A stretch of 64,000 bases of DNA from Alphaproteobacteria bacterium. GTDB lineage: Bacteria > Pseudomonadota > Alphaproteobacteria > UBA828. The notes under the pieces are model-generated. The model worked only from the letters and a program-made list of their open reading frames with translations. It had not been told where the DNA came from and searched no databases. The DNA lies in assembly GCA_965237415.1 (NCBI GenBank), contig CBDEFM010000002.1, positions 3,168,001 through 3,232,000 of the forward strand. The letters are read 5' to 3'. Every line of letters begins with the position of its first letter. Positions within the stretch are counted from its first letter, which is position 1. The position numbers and the translations under genes are program-made. Of the stretch, positions 10,429 through 19,306 are shown piece after piece.

Positions 10429-11844
10429 ATGATCTTCGCGCTTGCCGCCGCCCTGCTGACGGCGCTTGCCGTCGCGGCGGTGCTGATCCCCGTGCTGCGC
10501 CGGCACCGCCAGGGCCCGTCGCGGGCGGACTACGACCTCACCGTTTACCGCGAGCAGCTCCGCGAGCTCGAGAGCGACCGCGCCCGCGGGCTCGTCAGCG
10601 AGGACCAGGAGGAGGCGGCGCGCACCGAGATCGAGCGGCGCATGCTGCGTGCGGCACGGGCGCGGGAAGCGGCGCAGACGACGGAAGCGGCGGAGGCACC
10701 CGAGCCACCGGATGCACCGGCGCGCGGGCCGACGGCATGGCGGCGGCGGGCGGCAGCGCTGGGGCTCGGCCTCTGCATCCCGGCCCTTGCCGCCGGTGTC
10801 TATGCAAGCCTCGGCACCCCCGGGCTGCCGGGCCGGCCCTTCGCCGAGATCGAGCGGCCGGTCGAAGAGCCGGCGGCGGCTGCGGCCTTTCGCGAGCCGG
10901 TCGAGCGCCTCGCGGCGCGGCTGCAGAGCGATCCCGGCAATCTCGAAGGCTGGCTCTTGCTCGGCCGCTCCTACGTGGTTCTGCAGCGCTACCCCGAGGC
11001 GGCCGACGCGCTGCGGCAGGCGGCCGCGCTTTCCGGCGGCGATCCCGAGGTGCTGGGGATGCTGGGCGAGGCGATCGTCTGGGCCAACGGCGGGGTAGTG
11101 GTGCCCGAGGCGGTCCGCGTCTTTCGCCAGGTCCTCGAAACGCAGCCGGATGACCCGGCTACTCGCTTTCATCTGGCGCTTGCCCGCGCGCAGGCCGGGG
11201 AGGTGCGGGAAGCCTACGAGATCTGGCTCGCACTCGCCGCCGATACACCGGCCGACGCCGCCTGGCGCGGCGATCTGGAAGCACTTATTGGGCAGTCTGC
11301 CGAGGTGCTCGGGATCGAGCCGGGGTCGGTGCCGAGCGGGCCGTCGCTCGTCGAAGCGCCGCCCGGTCCGACGGCCGACGATGTGGCGGCGGCCGCCGGG
11401 ATGTCGCTGGACGAGCGCATGGAGATGATCCGCACCATGGTGGAGGGCCTCGCCGCGCGGCTCGAGGAGAACCCGGACGACGCGCAAGGTTGGCGCCGTC
11501 TCGCCCGCTCCTACGCCGTGCTCGGCGAGCCCGAGAAGGTGCTCGACACGCTGCGCCGGGCGGTGGCGTTGGCTCCCGACGATCTCGCGACGCTTCACGC
11601 CTATGCGCGTGCTCTCGCCGGCGATATCGGAGCGAACTCGCCGCCGCCGGCGGCTGTCGCAGTCTATGAGCGAATCCTCGCGCTCGATCCCGCCGATGGG
11701 GCGGCACTCTGGTTCGTCGGGCTCGCGGCGGCGGAGCGCGGCGATGCGGCCGCCGCGCGTATCCATTGGGAGCGCCTCCTGCCTCTGCTCGCACCGGGCA
11801 CGGAAGAACACGAGGCGGTCCGGGCCGCGCTCGACAGTCTCTAG
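10429..11844 (+). CDS. ccmI: c-type cytochrome biogenesis protein CcmI (CycH), TPR-containing
   Basis: DLTVYREQLREL...EIERR motif, two TM segments, TPR-like repeats, MVEGLAARL...GWRRLARSY. Confidence 0.92.
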   Translation: MIFALAAALLTALAVAAVLIPVLRRHRQGPSRADYDLTVYREQLRELESDRARGLVSEDQEEAARTEIERRMLRAARAREAAQTTEAAEAPEPPDAPARGPTAWRRRAAALGLGLCIPALAAGVYASLGTPGLPGRPFAEIERPVEEPAAAAAFREPVERLAARLQSDPGNLEGWLLLGRSYVVLQRYPEAADALRQAAALSGGDPEVLGMLGEAIVWANGGVVVPEAVRVFRQVLETQPDDPATRFHLALARAQAGEVREAYEIWLALAADTPADAAWRGDLEALIGQSAEVLGIEPGSVPSGPSLVEAPPGPTADDVAAAAGMSLDERMEMIRTMVEGLAARLEENPDDAQGWRRLARSYAVLGEPEKVLDTLRRAVALAPDDLATLHAYARALAGDIGANSPPPAAVAVYERILALDPADGAALWFVGLAAAERGDAAAARIHWERLLPLLAPGTEEHEAVRAALDSL

Positions 11845-11860
11845 CCCGGATTTCTCGCCA
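11841..11860 (+). repeat. Dispersed repeat copy 2 (supplies the TAG stop of ccmI)
   Basis: CTAGCCCGGATTTCTCGCCA; the TAG at 11842-11844 is the ccmI stop codon. Confidence 0.7.
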
Positions 11861-12510
11861 CGGTCAGCCACCTCGAGTCGGAGAATGCCGAACTCCGCTC
11901 CCAGATTGAGGATCTGAGGCAGGAGGTGGAGATCCTCAAGAACATGGTGGTCCAGCAAGGCAACAAGATGATGGAGATGGAGGAGCCTGCGACACCGCCC
12001 AAGATGGTGACCTCCGGCAAGGACAAAGTGAGTCTCTCTGTCTATGGCCAGGTCAACCGGATGCTGCTCAACGCCAGCGACGGCAGCGACAGCCGCCTCT
12101 TCCACGCGGACAACGACATGTCGTCGACCCGCGTGGGCTTCAAGGGCAAAGCCAAGATGGACGGCGGGTGGTCGGCCGGCACGACCATAGAAGCGCAGAT
12201 GGAATCGAACTCGTCGGCCAAGGTGCACCTGGGGGACGACGGGGACGACAGCGCGAGGTTCAGTTACGCCAAGTTGGGGCAGAAGCTCGACATCAACCCC
12301 GCAGGGAGAACGGCGCTCTCGGTCGGGTTCATGAACGCCGAGAACGCAGACGGCGATAGCGGCAGCTATTACGATGTGGCCGTCGTGCAGAAGCTCAAAG
12401 GCATCGGCGCCGAGGTCTACGCCCTTTAGGGGGTCTACGACGCCAGCATCGTGGACACCTCGACCAGCAACGTCACAGTCACCGGCGTCGGCACCCGCAT
12501 CAAGTTCTGA
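11861..12510 (+). pseudogene. Decayed Gram-negative porin: no signal peptide, large internal deletion, in-frame TAG
   Basis: Coiled-coil then VSLSVYGQVNR..SSTRVGFKG (porin N-terminal strands) joined directly to C-terminal strands; TAG at 12427-12429 is followed in frame by GVYD...GVGTRIKF* with terminal Phe. Confidence 0.75.
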
Positions 12511-12558
12511 TCGCAGGGCAAAGACCGGCTCTTGGCAAGAGGCGGCATAGGAGGACAA

Positions 12559-12587
12559 GGGGGCGGCCGCATCATGCGGCCGCCCCC
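12559..12587. terminator. GC-rich hairpin between convergent genes (terminator-like, no clear U-tract)
   Basis: Perfect inverted repeat GGGGGCGGCCGCAT-C-ATGCGGCCGCCCCC. Confidence 0.6.
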
Positions 12588-12623
12588 GGCGCATTCATAG
12601 GGTAGGGCCACAAAGCCAGGCGG

Positions 12624-13192
12624 CTAAACGCCCATGAAGCTGATCCAGCCGGTGACGATGTACTTCTCTTCGCGCGGCGCCACCTCGCCCCGGTGGGTGT
12701 GGGTGAAGCCCGCCGGCCAGATCACCGTCTTGCCCTTGGCCGGCGGGACGAGGTGCTCCTGAAAGGTGAAGTACGTGCCGCCGCCCTGGGCGATGTCGTT
12801 GAGGAAGGTCTGGAAGGCGAGCACCCGGTGGCCGAGGTCGAGGCCGCTGCTCTCATAGTGGGCGCCGTGGAAGGCGCCGCCGGGTAATACTGCATCTGCG
12901 GCGGCTCCAGGAAGCCGAGCTTGTCGGAGGCCTCGCCCAGCACCGGGAATGCCCGCAGGTAGTCGCCGAGGCAGGCCATGACGTGGCCGCGATAGGCGCG
13001 CACCGTCTTGGCATAGACCTCGTAGGGGAAGCAGGTGAGGCTCGCGTCCTCGGAGTCCTTCCACGACTTGTCGACGCCCTTGGCGCTCGTCCCCGGGCGG
13101 GTGAAGCCGAGCCGGCGCGTTCGCTTGAAGCCCTTGATCAGCTCGTCGCAGAGCGCGGGCTTCTCGATCTTGTATTCCCTGATCCAGCGCAT
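12624..13192 (-). pseudogene. 2OG-Fe(II) oxygenase (prolyl-4-hydroxylase-like), split by a frameshift near 12883
   Basis: N-half MRWIRE...PPQMQYYP in one frame; C-half PGGAFHGAHYES..FLND..GGGTYF..WPAGFTHTHRG..EKYIVTGW in another; SD GGGAGG upstream. Confidence 0.8.
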
Positions 13193-13274
13193 CGCCGGGT
13201 GTTGCCTCCCTGCACGGTGAATCGCGCCCGCATCGCTGCCGCTATGCACGCGTGACCGGGTATTCTAATTCCAT

Positions 13275-13303
13275 TTGCATGGCGGGCACGCCATGGTTAT
13301 TGT
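13275..13303 (+). promoter_or_regulatory. Putative sigma70 promoter of the ABC importer operon, with an operator-like palindrome
   Basis: TTGCAT-N17-TATTGT; CATGGCG-N4-CGCCATG palindrome at 13278-13295. Confidence 0.55.
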
Positions 13304-13417
13304 GCGCGCCGCAAAGGGAGTGTCTACAAGCACCGCGCCCGCGCGGTGCTTCAACCTTGGACAAACGATGAGAATCGGGTCCGGCTGTCTCGGCCCGGTG
13401 CTGAAGGGAGGGTGCGC

Positions 13418-15031
13418 ATGTCGCATACCGACAGGAAAGAAGAGTTAAAGAAGGAACTGTATCGGCTCTGGTCGATGCACGCGGACCGCAAGAACTACAA
13501 CGTCTCGCGCCGCGACCTGATCAAGGGCATGGCTGGCCTCGGGCTCGGTGCGGGCGCGATCAAGATGTTGATGAACCAGGCGCCCTTCAGCGTGAGGGAG
13601 GCCTGGGCGGCCGAGGGCGCCACGCCTGAGGAGCGTGCCATCAACGGTGCCAAGGCGCTCTTCGCCGATGCGCCGAAGAAGACCATCAGCGTCATGTATC
13701 CGTCGGGGTCCGGCGGTAACCTGTCGCCCTTCACCGAGGAGTGGAAGGGCCTCACCGGCTTCGACGTCGAGCTGATCGAGGTGCCGGTCACCGAGACCCA
13801 CCAGAAGGCGATGCAGGAAGCGGTGGCCAAGACCGGCCGCTACGACATCATGATCCCGGCGCCGCTGAGCCTTGCGGACCTCGCCGAGTCTGGCGTGGCG
13901 CGGCCCCTCGACGACTTCATGGACAAGTACGATCCCGAGGTCTACTCAGGGCCCAACAAACTCCAGTTCCCGGTGTCCGAATTCGGGCAGAAGTATAAGG
14001 GCAAGACTTACGGGCTCTATTGCGACGGCGACTGGTGGCACCTGAGCTACCGCAAGGACAAGCTCGCCGAGAAGGGCTTGGCGGTGAAGTCGAAGCGGGA
14101 GATGGTCCATACCTGGACCGAGTACGACGCGCTTTGCGCCGAGATGCACGATCCGGACAACAACTTCTACGGCGCCCTCGAGTACCGCTCGCCGTTCTGG
14201 AACAAGTTCCACTGGATGACGCGGGTCCAGTCGAAGGGCCACTTCTACTTCGACGAGGACATGAACTCGATGGCCGGCTCGGAGCAGAGCATAGAGACGC
14301 TCAAGGAGCTGATCGCGCTGCAGGACATCATGCCGGCCGAGCAGTTCACCTACGGCTTCACTGAGAATTACGCGCAGTACTACGCGCAGGGCCGTGGTTT
14401 CTGTGAGTTCGGTTGGCCGTCGCTCTGGCGTTACAGCAACGACGCGGCGGGCTCGCAGTCGATCATCGCCGCCAAGGGCGAGGACGGCGAGCCTTCGCAG
14501 ACTGCCGTCTCGAAGGTGCCGGGCACCATGCACAACGGCGAGCTCATCCGCTCGTGCATCCATGCCTTCGCCTGGGACTTCGTGGTGAGCAACTACTCGC
14601 CGATCCAGGAAGCCGCCTACTGTTACTCGCAGTGGCTCACCGGACCGACCATGTCGATGCGCTCGATCCCGAACGAGGGTGGCTACTTCGACCCGTGGCG
14701 TGACAACCACTTCTTCGCTCCGTCGGCGGAGTTCTTCGCGTCGTATCCGGGCGATTTCCTGGCGACCCACGCCGAGGCGATCGTGGACGCGGTGCCGGAG
14801 ATTCAGTTGCGCGGCGCGGCGGAGTACCTCAACGCACTCGACATCAATCTGACTGCCTCCTACAACGGCAACAAGTCGCCCGAAGAGGCGATGGCAGACA
14901 CCGCCAAGGAGCAGAACCGCATCACGCGGCGCCTGGGCAAGGCAGAGCAGAAGGAGAGCTGGCACGGCCTGGCCAAGATGTATCCGGAGCCGTTGCAGAA
15001 GCTCGTCGGCGTCGACAAGTGGGTTCTGTAG
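13418..15031 (+). CDS. CUT1-type ABC transporter solute-binding protein with Tat signal
   Basis: SRRDLIK twin-arginine motif, AWA cleavage site, TGRYDI and YRKD SBP_bac motifs; followed by permeases. Confidence 0.88.
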   Translation: MSHTDRKEELKKELYRLWSMHADRKNYNVSRRDLIKGMAGLGLGAGAIKMLMNQAPFSVREAWAAEGATPEERAINGAKALFADAPKKTISVMYPSGSGGNLSPFTEEWKGLTGFDVELIEVPVTETHQKAMQEAVAKTGRYDIMIPAPLSLADLAESGVARPLDDFMDKYDPEVYSGPNKLQFPVSEFGQKYKGKTYGLYCDGDWWHLSYRKDKLAEKGLAVKSKREMVHTWTEYDALCAEMHDPDNNFYGALEYRSPFWNKFHWMTRVQSKGHFYFDEDMNSMAGSEQSIETLKELIALQDIMPAEQFTYGFTENYAQYYAQGRGFCEFGWPSLWRYSNDAAGSQSIIAAKGEDGEPSQTAVSKVPGTMHNGELIRSCIHAFAWDFVVSNYSPIQEAAYCYSQWLTGPTMSMRSIPNEGGYFDPWRDNHFFAPSAEFFASYPGDFLATHAEAIVDAVPEIQLRGAAEYLNALDINLTASYNGNKSPEEAMADTAKEQNRITRRLGKAEQKESWHGLAKMYPEPLQKLVGVDKWVL

Positions 15032-15066
15032 TCCGACCCTAACAGTACAGGCGGACTGCAGGTACA

Positions 15067-16053
15067 GTGGTTACGAGGACTGCGAACGGCGGCGTGCCCG
15101 TGCGTGCATTGCAGGCGCGGGCACGCCTGTTCGACCCCAACGACAAGCGCTACATCGGCGCGCTCTTCATCACGCCCGTTCAGCTTCTGTTAATTATGAT
15201 GCTGATTTTTCCCTTCGGCCTGGAGTTCTTCGTCGCGCTGACCGAATGGCAGCCGACTTACGGAACCTCCATCTGGCAGGCCGTGGGGTCGGTGTTCTCC
15301 GGCGATACCGAGCTCGGCCTCAACTACTATTATCTGGTGACGGACGAGCCGCGCTTCCTCGAGGCGCTGGGCCGGACGCTCGTCATATCGGTGTTGAGCC
15401 TCTGCCTCGAATTTTTGATCGGGTTAGGGCTCGCCACAATCTTCCTTAAGCAGTTTTGGGGCAAGCGCATCTGGTTCACCGCGCTGCTGACCCCGATGAT
15501 GATCATGCCGGTCGTCGTCGGCTACACCTGGTTCATGCTGTTCCAGTACAGTGGTCCGGTCAATCAGGTGCTCGGCTGGATCGGCGGCACCTCCGCCGGG
15601 GCCGAGCTGCAGTGGCTCAACCACGGCGTGCTGGCCTTCTTCGCCGTGGTCATCACCGAGGTCTGGCACTGGTCGCCGCTGTTCTTCCTGATCCTGCTCT
15701 CGGGCCTCAACGCGGTGCCGGAGAACCCTGTGCGCGCGGCGACCGTGCTCGGCGCCAGCAACTGGCGGATTTTCTGGACCGTCATCATGCCCAACATGCG
15801 GGGCGTCATCATCATCGCCTTCGTGATCCGCGGCATGGAGGTCATCAAGCTCTTCGACGAGATCTATATCCTGACCCGCGGCGGTCCCGGCACGGCGACC
15901 GAGACCATGAGCCTCTACCTCTACAAGCTTGGCTTCCAGGACTTCCGCCTCGCCTACGCGGGGTCGGCGGGCTTCATCGTGCTGGTGATCACCGTGGTGA
16001 TGATCAACATGATGCTGCGGCCGATCCGCTACCAGTTGCTGGAGAAGCGTTAG
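15067..16053 (+). CDS. Carbohydrate ABC transporter permease (MalF-like)
   Basis: Multiple TM helices; EAA-loop equivalent RAATVLGASNW; TRGGPGTATET. Confidence 0.92.
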   Translation: MVTRTANGGVPVRALQARARLFDPNDKRYIGALFITPVQLLLIMMLIFPFGLEFFVALTEWQPTYGTSIWQAVGSVFSGDTELGLNYYYLVTDEPRFLEALGRTLVISVLSLCLEFLIGLGLATIFLKQFWGKRIWFTALLTPMMIMPVVVGYTWFMLFQYSGPVNQVLGWIGGTSAGAELQWLNHGVLAFFAVVITEVWHWSPLFFLILLSGLNAVPENPVRAATVLGASNWRIFWTVIMPNMRGVIIIAFVIRGMEVIKLFDEIYILTRGGPGTATETMSLYLYKLGFQDFRLAYAGSAGFIVLVITVVMINMMLRPIRYQLLEKR

Positions 16054-17001
16054 ATGGGCGCGAGGAAATTCGGTCCCGGCAGCGCGATCGGGCTTGCCTT
16101 CGGGCTCCTCTTCGCGGTGTTCCCGCTTTTCTGGATGGTGTCCACCTCCTTCAAGCCGTCGAACGAGTGGGTCACGACGCCGCCGGTGTGGGTGTCGGAG
16201 AACGGCACCGTCACCAACTATCTCGTGATTCTCTGGCCGTCCGTCCTGCTCGAGCAGCGGGGAGGTCTCGGACAGTACACGGAGGAAGGCGAGATCAAGG
16301 CGCAGCGCGCCACCCAGTCATCGTCGGTGAGCGGCGCGGTCGCCGACTTCCTGACCAAGTCGGCGTGGCAGTCCATCCGGGGCTCGGTCATCATTTCGGT
16401 GCTCTCGACCATACTGTCCATTGTGGTCGGCTTCATGGCCGCTGTCGCCATCGCGCGATACCGATTCGGCGGCAACGTCACACCCTTCTTCATATTATCG
16501 GGGCGAATGTTCCCGCCCATTGCGATCGCCATCCCCTTCGTCGTGATGTTCAGCGCGCCCGGAATCGAGGCGACCGACACCTACTGGGGGCTGATACTCG
16601 CCTATGCGGCGGTTACCGTGCCCTTCTCCACCTGGATGTTGAAGAGCTTCATCGACGAGCTGCCTCAGGAGATCGAGGAGGCGGCGATGATGGACGGCAT
16701 GTCGCGATGGGAGGCACATATCAGGGTCACGGTGCCGCTCATCAAGGGCGGATTGATTGCGACGGCGCTCTTCATCTTCATCCTCAACTGGAGCGAGTTC
16801 CTGTTCGCGCTGGTGCTGACCTACACCAATGTCGAGACCATCCCGGTCAAGCTCTCCAAGTACTTCAGCGCCACCTCGGGCCAGCAGTACGGCATTCAGG
16901 CGGCGCTCGCGTGCGTCTCTATCGTTCCGCTGGTGATCGTCGGCTTCTTCATCCAGCGGCATCTGGTGCGCGGCCTCACCCTCGGCGCGATCAAGCGTTA
17001 G
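16054..17001 (+). CDS. Carbohydrate ABC transporter permease (MalG-like)
   Basis: EIEEAAMMDG, FILNWSEFLFAL and QRHLVRGLTLGAIK motifs. Confidence 0.93.
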   Translation: MGARKFGPGSAIGLAFGLLFAVFPLFWMVSTSFKPSNEWVTTPPVWVSENGTVTNYLVILWPSVLLEQRGGLGQYTEEGEIKAQRATQSSSVSGAVADFLTKSAWQSIRGSVIISVLSTILSIVVGFMAAVAIARYRFGGNVTPFFILSGRMFPPIAIAIPFVVMFSAPGIEATDTYWGLILAYAAVTVPFSTWMLKSFIDELPQEIEEAAMMDGMSRWEAHIRVTVPLIKGGLIATALFIFILNWSEFLFALVLTYTNVETIPVKLSKYFSATSGQQYGIQAALACVSIVPLVIVGFFIQRHLVRGLTLGAIKR

Positions 17002-17008
17002 CGGCACG

Positions 17009-18100
17009 ATGGCAAACATCAAGCTGGAGCTGGTGGAGCTCCGCAAGGAGTTCGGCGACCTCATCGCCGTCGACGACGTGTCCCTCGGCGTCGAGGAAGG
17101 CGAGACCATGGCGCTGCTGGGGCCGTCGGGTTGCGGCAAGTCGACGACGCTGAACATGATCGTGGGCCTGGAGCCGCCCACCTCGGGCGATATTCTGATC
17201 GACGGCAAGTCGGTGCTGGACGTTCCCCCCGGTCAGCGCAATGTCGGCTTGGTGTTTCAGGACTACGCCGTCTTCACCCACATGAATGTCCGGCACAATC
17301 TGGAGTACGGGCTTCGCGTACGTGGCATGACGCGCCCCGATATGGAACGGGAGGTGGCGAAGGTCGCAGCCTTCCTCAATCTCGGCCATCAGCTCGATAG
17401 CAAGCCTCTGGAACTGGGTGCGAGTGAGCTGCAACGGGTCGCGATCGGGCGCACGCTCGTAACCAACCCCGAGATCCTGCTGCTCGACGAGCCGCTCAGC
17501 AACCTCGAAGCCGAGATGCGCAACCAGATGCGCCGCGAGCTCCGGCGCATCCAGGCCGAGACCGGACAGACCATCATCTATGTGACCCATGACCAGATCG
17601 AGGCGCTCTCGCTGGCGCACCGAATCGCGGTCATGGATTTCGGTGCGCTCAAGCAGTACGACACGGCACACAACGTCTACCACTATCCCGACAACACCTT
17701 TGTCGGCAGCTTCCTCGGCAACCCGCCGATGAACTTCGTGCGCGGGCAGTTCGGCCATGACGGCAACCGTCCCGTCGTGGCGCAGAACGGCTCGATCATT
17801 CCCGTGCCGCCATCCAGCGCCGCGGGATTGGGCGACGGCGCCGAGGTGATCGTCGGCATGAGGCCAGAGTCGATGTTGGTGGCGGAAGCGGGCGACCCGG
17901 AAGCGTTCATCGCCTCGGTCATCGCGGTCGAGCCGCAAGGGCCGGAGACAGTTCTCACGGTGCGGCTCGGCCAGACCGACCTGAAGCTGATCGTGGCGAC
18001 CGGTATGCAGGCCCACGAAGGTAGCGAGATCACAATCCGGCCGGACGCCGAGCTGCTGGCCCTGTTCGACGCCGCATCGGGCGTCCGCTTCAGGGCGTGA
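17009..18100 (+). CDS. ABC transporter ATP-binding subunit 1 (MalK-like, degenerate signature)
   Basis: GPSGCGKS, VFQ, LLLDEP, VTHDQ; signature motif reads LGASE. Confidence 0.93.
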   Translation: MANIKLELVELRKEFGDLIAVDDVSLGVEEGETMALLGPSGCGKSTTLNMIVGLEPPTSGDILIDGKSVLDVPPGQRNVGLVFQDYAVFTHMNVRHNLEYGLRVRGMTRPDMEREVAKVAAFLNLGHQLDSKPLELGASELQRVAIGRTLVTNPEILLLDEPLSNLEAEMRNQMRRELRRIQAETGQTIIYVTHDQIEALSLAHRIAVMDFGALKQYDTAHNVYHYPDNTFVGSFLGNPPMNFVRGQFGHDGNRPVVAQNGSIIPVPPSSAAGLGDGAEVIVGMRPESMLVAEAGDPEAFIASVIAVEPQGPETVLTVRLGQTDLKLIVATGMQAHEGSEITIRPDAELLALFDAASGVRFRA

Positions 18101-19206
18101 GCCGGGCCATGGTCGAAACCCTCCTGGAGCTTCGCTCCATCTCGAAAAACTTCGGCGCCGTGCAGGCGCTCAGGGAGCTGAGCCTGGAGGTTCCGCGCGG
18201 CTCGCTGATCGTGCTCCTGGGCCCGACCGGGGCAGGCAAGACCACCACCTTGCGGATCGTCGCAGGGCTCGAGGCACCGACCTCGGGCGAGGTATGGGTC
18301 GAGGGCCAGAACTTCACCAAGCTGCAGCCCAACCGGCGCGACATCGCCATGATCTTCGACAATCTCGCGCTCTACCCCAACAAGACGGGGTATGAGAATG
18401 TCGCCTCCCCGCTCAGGCTCGCCAGGATGCCGAAAGCCGACATCAAGAAGCGGGTCGACGAGATCGCGGGGCTGCTCAAGATCGGGCACATTCTCGGCCG
18501 CCTGCCGGCGACCTTCAGCGGCGGCGAGCGGCAGCGCGTCGCTCTCGGCCGCGCCATGGTGCGCGAGCCGCGCTTCTATCTGCTCGACGAGCCGCTTTCG
18601 AGCCTCGACTTCATGCTCCGCATCGAGCTCAGGACCGAGCTGAAGCGCCTGCAACGCGACCTCGGCCGCACCTTCGTCTTTGCGACGCCCGACTACACCG
18701 AGGCGCTGGCGCTTGCGGACACCGTCTGCGTCTTGCTGGAAGGCGAGGTGCGGCAGATCGCCAAGGCGCAGGAGCTCTACGACGAGCCGGCCGACCGCGA
18801 CGTGGCCCGCTTCGTCGGCAACCCCAAGATCAATATCGTGCCCGGGCGGCTCTCGCGCGAGAACGGTCAGGCCAGCCTCACCATCGGCTCGATGGTGCTG
18901 CCGCTACCCGACCGTATGGAGCACGGGCTGCCGGCGAACTTGAGCGAGGTCGAGGTGGGGCTCCGCCCCGAGCACGTCCGAATCGTGGCCTCGGCGACCG
19001 AGGAAACGCACCGCACAGGATTTGTCAACGACCTCGAGCCGCTCGGCATGCACACGACAGTCGGTATCGACCTGGCGGGGATCAACCTGGCGTTGACCGT
19101 AGCCGGCGTGCAGGAGTTCAATGACGGCGACCGGGTCGACGTGCAACTCGATACCGAGACCCTGCTATTCTTCGACCCGATCTCAGGGCGTCGGGTCGGA
19201 AACTAG
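18097..19206 (+). CDS. ABC transporter ATP-binding subunit 2 (MalK-like, degenerate Q-loop and H-switch)
   Basis: GPTGAGKT, FSGGERQR, YLLDEP; MIFDN in place of the Q-loop and ATPD in place of VTHD. Confidence 0.93.
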   Translation: MSRAMVETLLELRSISKNFGAVQALRELSLEVPRGSLIVLLGPTGAGKTTTLRIVAGLEAPTSGEVWVEGQNFTKLQPNRRDIAMIFDNLALYPNKTGYENVASPLRLARMPKADIKKRVDEIAGLLKIGHILGRLPATFSGGERQRVALGRAMVREPRFYLLDEPLSSLDFMLRIELRTELKRLQRDLGRTFVFATPDYTEALALADTVCVLLEGEVRQIAKAQELYDEPADRDVARFVGNPKINIVPGRLSRENGQASLTIGSMVLPLPDRMEHGLPANLSEVEVGLRPEHVRIVASATEETHRTGFVNDLEPLGMHTTVGIDLAGINLALTVAGVQEFNDGDRVDVQLDTETLLFFDPISGRRVGN

Positions 19207-19306
19207 CAAACCCGGCAGCACGTCTGCTCCCCTAATCCCTACGAGCGGCCGTCGCCGGTACCGGTGGTCCGCACGGCGTGGGCTAGAGACGAGGGAGTGA
19301 ATCGCC

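Noticed and set aside
10429-12510. Amber (TAG) readthrough fusing CcmI to the porin remnant, since both TAGs (11842, 12427) are in the same frame
   Set aside because: Many intact genes here end in TAG, no pyrrolysine or suppressor machinery is visible, the first TAG belongs to the repeat element, and a shared frame arises by chance one time in three.
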